NCBI GenBank assembly: GCA_028874365.1
Contig: JAPPJZ010000082.1
Span: 18,154 to 82,153 of the forward strand
Reading direction: 5' to 3'
Length of the DNA stretch: 64,000 nt
Origin: Chloroflexota bacterium
Lineage (GTDB): Bacteria; Chloroflexota; Dehalococcoidia; Bin125
This document shows, piece by piece, positions 20,709 to 30,372 of the stretch. Below the pieces are notes generated by a model. The model saw only the letters and a program-made list of their open reading frames with translations. It ran no database searches and was not told the DNA's origin. Position 1 is the stretch's first letter; each line of letters begins with the position of its first letter. The translations under genes were made by a program, and so were the position numbers.

Positions 20709-22165
20709 TGTCGCTGCGCGGGCGCATCACGGCTGCGACGGTGCTTGTGGTGATCCTCACCGTTCTGATCAGTTCCGTGGTGGCATACTTCGCCACCGAA
20801 TCTCGCCTCGGTGTGTTCGTCGATCGGATCGGCGACGACGAAGCGAGCCGGCTTGCCCAGAGTCTCGGTCGGGCCTACACAGAGGCCGGCGGCTGGCAGA
20901 GCGCTGTAGCAGTGCTCGCAGAAGCCGGTTACACCTACGAGGAGATTGCTCAGCGCGAGCAATCGCAGCGCGGCGAGGAAAACCACGTCGAGCTCTTCCA
21001 CCAGGACCCGATTCGCGTCGTCATCGTTGACCCAGACGGCCGGGTTGTATTGGACAACTTCGACGAGTTGCCGCCTGGGAGCAGCGCCTCGAGTCTGGAC
21101 GGACATCGCGAGCCGGTGGTCGCTGTGGCTTCCGACCAACCGGTCGGACACGTCTTTGTTGACGTCAACCACGAACTCCTCTCGAGCGAGTCTCAAGGAT
21201 TTCTGAGCACGTTGCTCGTCATCATCCTGGCAGGAGGCCTGGTCACGGTCGGCCTGGCAATCGGGCTCGCCGTCTGGTTGTCCAGGCGCATCACCGCCCC
21301 GGTACGGGCATTGACCGAGGCCACTCAGGCGGTCGCACAGGGCGACACGACCCGCCTGCGCGTCACTACGCCCGACGAGTTGGGCCAGATGAGCGACGCC
21401 TTCAACCGAATGACCTCCACGCTGGAGACCCAGCGCGAGCTCCGCCGACAGCTGGTCAACGACGTATCGCACGAGCTGAACACTCCGCTGAGTGTGATCC
21501 AACTCGAAGCCGCTGGGCTACGCGATGGACTGCAGTCGGCCGACACCGCATCCGGCCACATCATTCAGGAAGTAGAGCGGTTGCGCGGTCTCGTGACCGA
21601 CCTCGACTGGCTCGCCGAGACAGATCACGGAGAACTGCGGCTCAACCTGGAGCCGACGCCGCTCGACGAAGTGATCAGCGTCGAGCTCGAGCGCTGGCAG
21701 CCTCAGGCCCAGGCTCGCCGAGTGTCCTTGTCACCGGACGTTGTGGCAGATTTGCCGGATGTGGAAGTCGACAGGAGCCGGATGAGTCAGGCGCTTGGCA
21801 ACGTCATAGCCAACGCGATCAACAGCGTCGAGCCGGGCGGGAACATCGTGCTCAGCGCGCGAGCGGACTCCGACGAAGGGGTAAGCATTTCCATCGTCGA
21901 CGATGGCATTGGAATCGATCCGCTGGATCTGCCGCATATCTTCGAGCGCTTCTATCGCGCCGAGCGGACTCGCGCTCGAGGCACCCGTGGTTCCGGCCTG
22001 GGACTCGCGATTACCCGCACCATCGTTGAAGCGCACGGGGGCACGATCACTGCGTTCAGCGCAGGTCCGGGTCAGGGCGCGGCCGTGACGATCAGGTTGC
22101 CGGTGGCCAACGCTGCAGCGGCGATGCGCACAACCTCAACCGCCGCTGAGCTTCGGAGCGAATGA
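20708..22165 (+). CDS. HAMP sensor histidine kinase (BaeS-like)
   Basis: Two TMs, HAMP, SHELNTPL, DDGIGI, GSGLGL. Confidence 0.95.
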   Translation: MSLRGRITAATVLVVILTVLISSVVAYFATESRLGVFVDRIGDDEASRLAQSLGRAYTEAGGWQSAVAVLAEAGYTYEEIAQREQSQRGEENHVELFHQDPIRVVIVDPDGRVVLDNFDELPPGSSASSLDGHREPVVAVASDQPVGHVFVDVNHELLSSESQGFLSTLLVIILAGGLVTVGLAIGLAVWLSRRITAPVRALTEATQAVAQGDTTRLRVTTPDELGQMSDAFNRMTSTLETQRELRRQLVNDVSHELNTPLSVIQLEAAGLRDGLQSADTASGHIIQEVERLRGLVTDLDWLAETDHGELRLNLEPTPLDEVISVELERWQPQAQARRVSLSPDVVADLPDVEVDRSRMSQALGNVIANAINSVEPGGNIVLSARADSDEGVSISIVDDGIGIDPLDLPHIFERFYRAERTRARGTRGSGLGLAITRTIVEAHGGTITAFSAGPGQGAAVTIRLPVANAAAAMRTTSTAAELRSE

Positions 22166-22212
22166 GATGCCCGGGGCAGCGTCGAGTCGCAGTCCCGAGT
22201 GTTCGGCGCTGT

Positions 22213-23982
22213 TCAGTCCGCGGCGACCTTGCCGGCTAGGTGTTCGGACGGGACCGAGGCCACTCGCCAACCTGCGGCTCGTACCCGCTCTCGCCAGAAT
22301 GACGCGTATCGACCCGCCAGCTCGAACAGCTCCGCGTGCGAGCCGCGCTCGACGATTCGCCCCTCATCCAGCACCAGGATCTGATCGGCGGCCTGCACCG
22401 TTTGCAGTCGGTGGGCGACCACAAGCAAGGTCTTGTTGTGCGTGAGCGCTTGGAGGGCCTGCTGTACGGCGCGTTCGTTGATCGGGTCAAGCGCGGCGGT
22501 TGCTTCATCAAGCAGGACGATTGGCGCATCCTTCAGGATCGCCCGGGCGATCGAGACGCGCTGACGCTCGCCGCCCGAGAGTCGCGCTCCTCCTTCGCCG
22601 ACGCTTGCTGCCCATCCTTCAGGCAGACGTTCGGCGATCTCGTTGACGCGGGCCAATGCTGCCGCTGCACGGACCTCCGCGTCGCTGGCGTCCGGTCGGC
22701 CGAGACGGATGTTTTCTTCAATCGTGCCATCGAACAGGTAGACATCCTGGAAGACGACGGAGATCTGCCGCATCAGCACCTCGGTCGATAGCTCACGAAC
22801 GTCAACGCCGCCGATTCGCACGGTTCCTGAGCCGACGTCCCAGAACCGGGCGATTAGCCGAAGGATCGTCGTCTTGCCGGCGCCCGAGGGTCCGACAATG
22901 GCGGTCATCGTGCGTTCGGGCGCAGTCAGGCTGATTTGGTCCAGGACTGTGTGCTTCTCGTACGCGAAACTGACCGACTCGAACGAAATGCTCGCATTGG
23001 CCGGCTGTCGCGACTCCTCGGTCTCGGGCAGCGCGGCGGTGGCAAACACCGTTTCCATGCGTCCCAGGCTGTTGCGGCTGATACGCAGCGCGCCACCGAG
23101 ATCCGCGGCCTCGATCATCGGATCGACGTAACGCGCCGCCAGGACCAGGATCGCCAGAAGTTCCGCGACCTCGATGCTGCCGCCCAGCGCCAGGTTGAGG
23201 CCAAACAACAGCAGGACGGTAAACGCGAGTTGCACGACGAGGACGAATCCGGCGAGCCCGGGCGCCGCGATGAGCAGTTGCGATCGTCCGGCATCGTGCT
23301 GCTCTTGCAGCGCGTCGTCGAGTTGTTTGAAGCTGCGCGTGGAGTAGCCGAATCCGCGTAAGACGGCCTGCGTCTGCGCGAACTCAACGACCCGGTTCGA
23401 CGCGTCAACCTTGGCTTCGTCGCTGCGGTGGTCCGTCTTCTGAACCAGCCCGGCCGACCATTGGTACACCACCCAGGCAAGCGGCGCGGTGATCGCGGCA
23501 GCCAGCGCGAGTCGCCAATCGAACGCGAACATCACGATGATCACGGTCACCGGCGTCACGAACGCATTCACGACCGGGCGCAACAGGTGGGCGGGCACGC
23601 CCATCACGTCGATCACGCCCTGGCTGGTCAGGCGGCCCAGGCTGCCGACCCGCGTCGCGTCGAACCAGCCGAGCGGCAACTGCGCGATCTTGTCCCCCAG
23701 ACGCTCGAACAAGCCCCGACCCAGGTTGATCGCGGAAATGAAGCCAAGCATCTGGGTGACCCAGCGCACGATCCCATACGCCGCGAGCACGCTGGCCATG
23801 GCCCCAAGCCAGATCCAGGCGGTGGCGTAGTCGCCGTCGAATGTGGCCCGCAACAGCGGCACCAGCAGCGCGAATCCGACCCCCGTGAGGATCGACTCAA
23901 GCGCCAGACCAAAGATGTTCGCGCGTAGTCTGCGCCCGTGCGGCAACGACGCAGGCAATAGCTGCAGTAGTTGGAAGATCAT
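22213..23982 (-). CDS. ABC half-transporter, YbtQ/IrtB-like
   Basis: TMD plus NBD: GPSGAGKT, LSGGERQR, DEATA; LPLGWF. Confidence 0.9.
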   Translation of the reverse strand: MIFQLLQLLPASLPHGRRLRANIFGLALESILTGVGFALLVPLLRATFDGDYATAWIWLGAMASVLAAYGIVRWVTQMLGFISAINLGRGLFERLGDKIAQLPLGWFDATRVGSLGRLTSQGVIDVMGVPAHLLRPVVNAFVTPVTVIIVMFAFDWRLALAAAITAPLAWVVYQWSAGLVQKTDHRSDEAKVDASNRVVEFAQTQAVLRGFGYSTRSFKQLDDALQEQHDAGRSQLLIAAPGLAGFVLVVQLAFTVLLLFGLNLALGGSIEVAELLAILVLAARYVDPMIEAADLGGALRISRNSLGRMETVFATAALPETEESRQPANASISFESVSFAYEKHTVLDQISLTAPERTMTAIVGPSGAGKTTILRLIARFWDVGSGTVRIGGVDVRELSTEVLMRQISVVFQDVYLFDGTIEENIRLGRPDASDAEVRAAAALARVNEIAERLPEGWAASVGEGGARLSGGERQRVSIARAILKDAPIVLLDEATAALDPINERAVQQALQALTHNKTLLVVAHRLQTVQAADQILVLDEGRIVERGSHAELFELAGRYASFWRERVRAAGWRVASVPSEHLAGKVAAD

Positions 23983-25766
23983 CCGACCACCTCCCCAACC
24001 TGGCTGGCCTCCCAGAGCCTGCGATAGACGCCCTCGCGAGCAAGCAACTCCTGGTGTGTTCCGCGCTCGACGATTCGCCCCGCTTCCAGCACGCAGATCT
24101 GGTCGGCGCCGACGATCGTATGCAGCCGGTGAGCGATCACGAGCAGGGTGCGGCCCGAAATCAGTTCTGAGATCGCATCCTGGATCGACGCCTCCGCCTC
24201 CGGATCGGCGAACGCCGTCGCCTCATCCAAGACGAGGATCGGGGTGTCGGCGAGCACGGCGCGCGCGATCGAAACGCGTTGCGCCTCGCCGCCTGACAGG
24301 ACAGCATCCTCGCCGGCGACGGAGTCGTAGCCCCGAGGCAACTCCAGGATTCGCTCATGGATCTGTGCCGTCCGAGCGGCGCGTTCGACATCCTCAAATG
24401 AAGCGTCCGGCCGCGCGAGTGCGATGTTGTCGCGAATCGACATACGCAACAGCTGCACGTCCTGGAACACCAGCCCAACCTGCCGATAGAGTTCATCGCT
24501 GCTAATCTCATCGACCGGCACGCCTCCGATCGTGATCCGTCCCTCGGATGTGTCCCAGAATCGCGGCAGCAGCCGGGCCAGCGTGCTCTTGCCCGATCCG
24601 GACGGACCGACCAACGCGGTGACCGTGCCCGGTTCAAGGGTCAGGTCAACCTCGCGAACCGCCTCGTTCCTGCCGTCGTAAGAGAAGCTGACCTGCTCGA
24701 ACGTGACCCGTGTACCAACCGGTGTACGCGGATCCTCGGCTTCCGGCAGCGACGGCGTGTCAAGCACCGCAGCCACTCGATCGGCGGCTCGCTGCGCCAA
24801 CATCAAGTCGTTCTGTGCGAAGGACAGCGTGAGGAAGGCGGCAGCCAGACTCGGACCGAGGATGATGAACGGAAGGAGGTCAATCGGCTCGATCGCACCG
24901 CTGGCCGTCATTCCCAGGCCGATCGCGACGATGACGACCATCGCGAAGATCGGCGACATCACGGTGTTCCCCGCCGAGATCCATGGAATCTGGCCTCTCA
25001 CCCAGTCCCAGAAGTAGTCAACGAACCGGTTGGCGTGTTCCACGAACTGGCGATACGAGCGCCGCGCCTGGCCATATGTCTTGACCACGGCGATTCCCTG
25101 CACAAACGCGATGGACGATGCATTCACGTCCTCCAGCGCCTGGTCGTAGGCCACCATCTTCTCGCCGAATCCTCGGTACATGAACCCGTACAACACGATG
25201 CCGCCGACGATGGGGATGAGGGCGACGAGCGCCATTCGCCAGTCAACGATGAACAGATAGACCAGAGCGGTCACTGGTGTGACCAATGCCCCGACGATGT
25301 TGGTGTACGAGTGACCGACGATGTGGTGGAGCGTCGAGACATCGTCCTCGAGCGCCTTCTTGACGGCTCCCGAGTTGCGGTCGTTGAACCATCCCAGGGG
25401 AACAGTGCTGAGTTGGGTGGCCATGCTGCGGCGGAGGTAAAACTGGAAGTCCACGTCGGCGAAGTGCGTGATCGCTCCTGAGGCCATCTTGAAGATGAAC
25501 TGGAGCAGCATCGCCCCGGCCCCAAGCCCGGCGATCAGCCAGGCCCTGCGTTCGTCCGTCGGACCGTCCGCCAGTAGCACGCGGCCGATCTCAGCGACGG
25601 CGATGAACGGCATCACGCCAAGCGCCGAACTGATCGCTTGAAGCACGCAGGCGACTGCGATGGTGCCCCTCAGGGGCTCGACGAGCCGTCCAACCTGTGA
25701 GCCGGGCGCCGACGCCTCCTGTTCAGCATCAGCGAACAGCTCGCTAGCAGCATCTGCGGTGGTCAT
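23979..25766 (-). CDS. ABC half-transporter, YbtP/IrtA-like
   Basis: TMD plus NBD: GPSGSGKS, LSGGEAQR, DEATAFADPE. Confidence 0.9.
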   Translation of the reverse strand: MTTADAASELFADAEQEASAPGSQVGRLVEPLRGTIAVACVLQAISSALGVMPFIAVAEIGRVLLADGPTDERRAWLIAGLGAGAMLLQFIFKMASGAITHFADVDFQFYLRRSMATQLSTVPLGWFNDRNSGAVKKALEDDVSTLHHIVGHSYTNIVGALVTPVTALVYLFIVDWRMALVALIPIVGGIVLYGFMYRGFGEKMVAYDQALEDVNASSIAFVQGIAVVKTYGQARRSYRQFVEHANRFVDYFWDWVRGQIPWISAGNTVMSPIFAMVVIVAIGLGMTASGAIEPIDLLPFIILGPSLAAAFLTLSFAQNDLMLAQRAADRVAAVLDTPSLPEAEDPRTPVGTRVTFEQVSFSYDGRNEAVREVDLTLEPGTVTALVGPSGSGKSTLARLLPRFWDTSEGRITIGGVPVDEISSDELYRQVGLVFQDVQLLRMSIRDNIALARPDASFEDVERAARTAQIHERILELPRGYDSVAGEDAVLSGGEAQRVSIARAVLADTPILVLDEATAFADPEAEASIQDAISELISGRTLLVIAHRLHTIVGADQICVLEAGRIVERGTHQELLAREGVYRRLWEASQVGEVVG

Positions 25767-25802
25767 ATGCGCTTCCTGTCAGACGGATCGGCTGTCGTGA
25801 CA

Positions 25803-25826
25803 TTAATTTCAGTTCATGCAAAATAA
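25803..25826. promoter_or_regulatory. Candidate repressor operator, copy 1
   Basis: AT-rich imperfect palindrome TTAATTTCAGTTCATGCAAAATAA; 18/24 identical to the reverse complement of 32175-32198. Confidence 0.55.
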
Positions 25827-25886
25827 CACTGCCTCGGCCTGTGCTCTATCGGCCCGACAATCGAACGCCGTGGCTGGCTTGCCCGG

Positions 25887-26918
25887 TCACGGCTGCGCGC
25901 GCCCGCTAGACCGCAAATGAGGCATGACATCGACGGCGAAGCGACGAATCGATTCGAGCGTCGCCTGCGGTTCACCCAGCGGTTCCATGTACAGCGCAAA
26001 GTTGCGCGCGCCGGTCGCGGCGATGAACTCGTCGAACCAGTCCACCACCCGTCCCGGCGGACCGACCGGGCTCTGTCCAATCACGCTGGCAACAAGCGCG
26101 GGGGTCATCTCGGCGCGCACCGACAGATCGAGTTCCGGATCCTGCAGACCCGGGTGATTACCCGTGTTGAACGACGCGAGCATCCCCGCCGACATGCGTT
26201 TCCGCGCCGATCCTTCGTCGTCCTCCACCAGGCAAGGGATCGAGTGCAGATGATCGATGTCGCCGTCCCAGCCGTGCTCCTGCGCGAAGCCCCGATACTG
26301 CTCGATCGTCTTCACCCGGCTCTCGGTGTCGGCCGCGAAGTAGAACTGCAGCGGCAGGCGCAGCCGCGCGGCGACCTCGACTGCCTCCGGCGTGGCCGTC
26401 GCGACGTACACCGGAGGATGTGGCTGTGTCCGGGGCCGAGGACGCACGGTCACTGACTCGTACGCGAACAGTTCGTTCTCGCTGGTGACCCCGCGATTCG
26501 ACAGGGCGTCGACCACCGCTGTCACGACTGCTTCGATACCGACCGACCAGCGTTCGGTGGGGACGGAGAGAACGTCGTAGTCGAGCGAATAGCCGCCGCG
26601 ACCCAAGCCAAGATCGAGTCGTCCACCGCTGACCTGGTCGAGAATCGCCGCTTGCTCTGCGAGCGTGATCGGGTGGACCAGCGGGGCCAACACCACCGCC
26701 GTGCCAACGCGGATCCGCCGAGTCAGGCCGAGCAGGTAGCCGGCCAGCGTCAGAGCCTGCGAGCACACTCCGAAGTCGATGAAGTGATGCTCGGTCACCC
26801 ACAGCCGGTCATAGCCGAGCGACTCTGCCAGGCTGGCGGAGTCGACAGAGAGCTGCAGTGCCGCAGCATCATCGACGCCCTCAAAGACGCCATTGTTCAG
26901 AAACAGTCCAAACTGCAT
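25887..26918 (-). CDS. LLM-class flavin-dependent oxidoreductase
   Basis: MQFGLF, WVTEHHF, LAEQAAILD, GRLDLGLGRG; start could be 26933. Confidence 0.92.
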   Translation of the reverse strand: MQFGLFLNNGVFEGVDDAAALQLSVDSASLAESLGYDRLWVTEHHFIDFGVCSQALTLAGYLLGLTRRIRVGTAVVLAPLVHPITLAEQAAILDQVSGGRLDLGLGRGGYSLDYDVLSVPTERWSVGIEAVVTAVVDALSNRGVTSENELFAYESVTVRPRPRTQPHPPVYVATATPEAVEVAARLRLPLQFYFAADTESRVKTIEQYRGFAQEHGWDGDIDHLHSIPCLVEDDEGSARKRMSAGMLASFNTGNHPGLQDPELDLSVRAEMTPALVASVIGQSPVGPPGRVVDWFDEFIAATGARNFALYMEPLGEPQATLESIRRFAVDVMPHLRSSGRAQP

Positions 26919-26933
26919 CAGCATCGACTCCAT

Positions 26934-28550
26934 CTACGACGCGGCGACGGCTGGAAGGTCATCCTCGGCGCTCCGACGGGCTGCGAGCGTTCGGCTCAAT
27001 GACGACGCCGCGTCGAGCAACTCGCGCGACTCTGGCGCCTGAGGATCATTCACGAAGCTCGCCATCGCCGCGATCTCGACGAGTGTTCCTTCGTTGAGCA
27101 CACCGACCCGGTGGGCAAACTCGTGCGCCAGAGCTAAATCGTGCGTGATGAACAACAGGCTGATCCCGGTTTCGCGTTGGATCTGCTGCAGCAGATCCAC
27201 GATTTGACTCTGCACGATGGTGTCCAGCGCGGTGGTGATCTCGTCGCAGACCAAAACTTCCGGCTCAGCCGCGAGCGCTCGTGCGATCGCCGCACGCTGT
27301 TGCTCACCACCCGACAGCTCGTGAGGTCGACGCCTCGCGAGCGCCGGTTCGAGTTGGACCTGTTCCAGGAGTTCCGCGAGACGCTCTGTGGCCGCCGAGC
27401 CGCTGAGCCCGCGTGTTTGGCGGATTGAGCGTCGGATGCCGTCGCCCACTGTTCGGCGAGGATTGAAGGACTCCTCGGGGTTCTGCGGCACGAGCTGGAT
27501 CGCCGCGCGTTGCTTCCTGTCCCGCCGGCGCAATAGCGGAGGCAGCAAACATCCGTTGAGCAGCACCTCTCCGCTCTCCGCTGGATGCAGTCCGAGCAGC
27601 ACTCGGGCAATCGTCGATTTCCCGCTGCCAGAGCGGCCGATCAGCGCAAACGTTTCTCCCGACGCCAGATCGAAGGAGACATTCCGGGCGGCGTGAATCG
27701 TGCGCGCACCGCGCCCCCGACCGAGGACGAATTGCGCAGAAACATCGATAGCTCGCAGCACAGGAACCGGTTCATCAGTGTTCGGAGCAAGTGGCGGTTG
27801 GTCGACCGCGATGTCTGGTGACGCCGAGACCAGTGCCTTCGAGTATGAGTCCATCGGGGTGTGGAGCACCCGAAGCGCTGCTCCACGTTCAACGATCTCG
27901 CCTTGCCGGAGCACGACCACTTCGTCCGCCATCCGAGCTACCGAGGCAAGATCGTGGGAGATCAACAACGTCGCTGCGCCGAGATCGTCGCGAAGGCGTT
28001 CGACCAGCGAGAGCATCAGCCGCTGCGTGGTCGGATCGATTGAGCTCGTCGGTTCATCGAGGATCAGCACGCGTGGCTGATTCGCAATCGCGCGGGCCAT
28101 CGCAACTCGCTGTTGTTGGCCGATGGAAAGCTGGTGCGGAAACCGCCGGCGGAAGGAGCGATCACTTGGAAGCTGAACCAGCTCCAGCAACTGTCCAGTC
28201 GGCTCGGACGTCGCCAGGCGCCGTTCTTCAACCAGGTCCTCGACCCGCATGGTCGGGGTCAGCGTCGAGGCCGGATTCTGGGGCAGATACGCAATCGACT
28301 CCCGCCGAAGGCGACGCAGCTCGGCTTCGGGAAGTTCGAAGAGGTTTTGACCGCCGAAGCAGACTTCCCCGCCGACCTTGCGCATGCCAGGCCGCACAAA
28401 ACCAAGCAGGGCCAGGCCGAGCGTCGTCTTGCCGGCCCCTGATCCTCCCACCGCCGCGAGCGTCCGACCTGATTCCAGGCTGACGCTCACCCCAACAAGG
28501 ATCTGCGCGTCAAGACCGCCCCGAACCTCGAGGTCTCGCACTTCGATCAT
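26934..28550 (-). CDS. Dipeptide/nickel-type ABC ATPase with two fused NBDs
   Basis: GGSGAGKT and GRSGSGKS Walker A; PHQLSIGQQQR and PHELSGGEQQR; ATGA coupling at 28547-28550. Confidence 0.92.
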   Translation of the reverse strand: MIEVRDLEVRGGLDAQILVGVSVSLESGRTLAAVGGSGAGKTTLGLALLGFVRPGMRKVGGEVCFGGQNLFELPEAELRRLRRESIAYLPQNPASTLTPTMRVEDLVEERRLATSEPTGQLLELVQLPSDRSFRRRFPHQLSIGQQQRVAMARAIANQPRVLILDEPTSSIDPTTQRLMLSLVERLRDDLGAATLLISHDLASVARMADEVVVLRQGEIVERGAALRVLHTPMDSYSKALVSASPDIAVDQPPLAPNTDEPVPVLRAIDVSAQFVLGRGRGARTIHAARNVSFDLASGETFALIGRSGSGKSTIARVLLGLHPAESGEVLLNGCLLPPLLRRRDRKQRAAIQLVPQNPEESFNPRRTVGDGIRRSIRQTRGLSGSAATERLAELLEQVQLEPALARRRPHELSGGEQQRAAIARALAAEPEVLVCDEITTALDTIVQSQIVDLLQQIQRETGISLLFITHDLALAHEFAHRVGVLNEGTLVEIAAMASFVNDPQAPESRELLDAASSLSRTLAARRSAEDDLPAVAAS

Positions 28551-29386
28551 CGGGCGACCTGTCTCGCAAACCGGTCGGCAAGCAGATTGACTGGAATGGT
28601 CAGGATGAGGACCATCAGCGACGGTGCGATCGTGGCCCACGGATTGAGCCCGGCGCCGCCAATGTTCTCGGAAATCATCGAGCCCCAGTCGGTCGAAGGC
28701 GGAGGCGGACCGAAGCCAAGGAATCCCGCTGCCGCGACTAGGTAAATCGCCCCGATGAAGCGCAACCCGGCGTCGGCGAGCATTGGACGGGCGAGATTCG
28801 GCACGACATCGCGGACCAGGATCATTGCCGCCGACTCGCCGATCATGCGCGCCTGCTCAACGTACCCGCTATGGATGATCGGAAAGGCGGCCGCACGAGA
28901 GTAGCGCGTCGTGAACGGGATCGAGACGATGATCACCGCAAGCGCCAAAACCCAATGCTGCACCCCGAAACGGTGAAAGAGCACCAGGGCGACGAGGATT
29001 GATGGAATCACGGCGAACACGTCCATGACGCGCATGATCACATCATCTCGGCGCAAGGCTGCGGCCGACACCCCGAGCACTCCGCCAATCAGCGTTGCCA
29101 GCGCCGTCGCAACGACGGGAATGATGACGATCGGCCGCCCGCCGTGCAGGATGCGCGACAGCACATCGCGCCCAAGGTGGTCCGACCCGAGCAAACTGAC
29201 CTCAGCGTCAAACGGCAACGACACCACCTCCACCCTGTCGTGCGGCGCGATCGCCGGACCGAACAGGGCAAGGATCAGGATTGCCAACAGCACCGCCAAC
29301 AGCACGACCGTCACCGGGGACACACGATCCCGACCGGTGCGCCTCCCGCGTAGTGCGACGACTTCCTGACCAGCCAATGAGGTCAT
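28547..29386 (-). CDS. ABC permease (DppC-like)
   Basis: LGSDHLGRD, EAA loop, GFLGFG. Confidence 0.92.
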   Translation of the reverse strand: MTSLAGQEVVALRGRRTGRDRVSPVTVVLLAVLLAILILALFGPAIAPHDRVEVVSLPFDAEVSLLGSDHLGRDVLSRILHGGRPIVIIPVVATALATLIGGVLGVSAAALRRDDVIMRVMDVFAVIPSILVALVLFHRFGVQHWVLALAVIIVSIPFTTRYSRAAAFPIIHSGYVEQARMIGESAAMILVRDVVPNLARPMLADAGLRFIGAIYLVAAAGFLGFGPPPPSTDWGSMISENIGGAGLNPWATIAPSLMVLILTIPVNLLADRFARQVAR

Positions 29387-30351
29387 CCCGCCGTCCTCCG
29401 CTCTGGCGAAGCGAGGAATCCGACCGCGTCGGCTATCTGGAACCCGACAATCACGGTTGCCGCCTGGATCAGTCCGATCACCTCGATCACGGGCGCGTCG
29501 CGCAGCGCGATCCGATCAACCAACTGCGAGCCGAGACCGGGAAACGCGAAGATCCGCTCAACCACGACCGCTCCGCCGACCAGGAACGGCACCATGAAGG
29601 CAAGCACCTGGACCGACGGTGGAACCGCCGATGGGAGCAGATGTCGAAACAGCACGCGGGACTCAGTCAATCCAGCGAGTCGCGCGGCCTGCACGTGCGG
29701 TAGCCGCGCCGCGTCCGCGACCGCCGCACGGATCAGGCGCGCGCCGTAGGCGCCGCCGACGATGCTGAGCGATATCACCGGCAACACAAGAATCTCCGGC
29801 CGCGACAGCGGAGTCCCCTCGCTGGGCACCAGAGAAACGGCCGGTAACCAGCCCAGTTCGAGTCCGACGACCGAGATCAGGATCCCGGCAATGATGAACT
29901 CCGGCACCGACACCGCGCTCAGTGTTGTCACAGAAACCACCGTCGAGGTCTTCGAGCCGTCACGCATGCCGCCCAACGCGGCCAGACACAGCGCCACCGC
30001 AGCGATCGTGGCGAACGCCACCAGCGCGAGTATGGCCGTGTTGAGCGCCGGCCGCGCGATGATCGCTTCAACTGATTGATTCGTGCGAACCGACTCGCCC
30101 AGGTCGCCCTGCAACGTCGACCAGAGCCAGTGTCCATAGCGGACGGGTACCGGGTCGTTGAGGTTCAGTTGCTCGCGCAGAACGTCGAGTCGTTCCGGCG
30201 TCGCGTTGATGCCCAGGATCTGCTGCGCCGGATCGCCGGGCAGCCACTCGACCGCAGCGAACAGGATGACGCTGACCGCCAATAGCGTCGCGACCAATGA
30301 CGCCATTCGCCAGATCGTGTAGCGGGCGGCGTTGTGCAGTCCAGCCGTCAT
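29383..30351 (-). CDS. ABC permease (DppB-like)
   Basis: LPGDPA, GDLGES, VERIFAFPGLG. Confidence 0.92.
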   Translation of the reverse strand: MTAGLHNAARYTIWRMASLVATLLAVSVILFAAVEWLPGDPAQQILGINATPERLDVLREQLNLNDPVPVRYGHWLWSTLQGDLGESVRTNQSVEAIIARPALNTAILALVAFATIAAVALCLAALGGMRDGSKTSTVVSVTTLSAVSVPEFIIAGILISVVGLELGWLPAVSLVPSEGTPLSRPEILVLPVISLSIVGGAYGARLIRAAVADAARLPHVQAARLAGLTESRVLFRHLLPSAVPPSVQVLAFMVPFLVGGAVVVERIFAFPGLGSQLVDRIALRDAPVIEVIGLIQAATVIVGFQIADAVGFLASPERRTAG

Positions 30352-30372
30352 CCGCCCCGTCCGAACCAGGCC

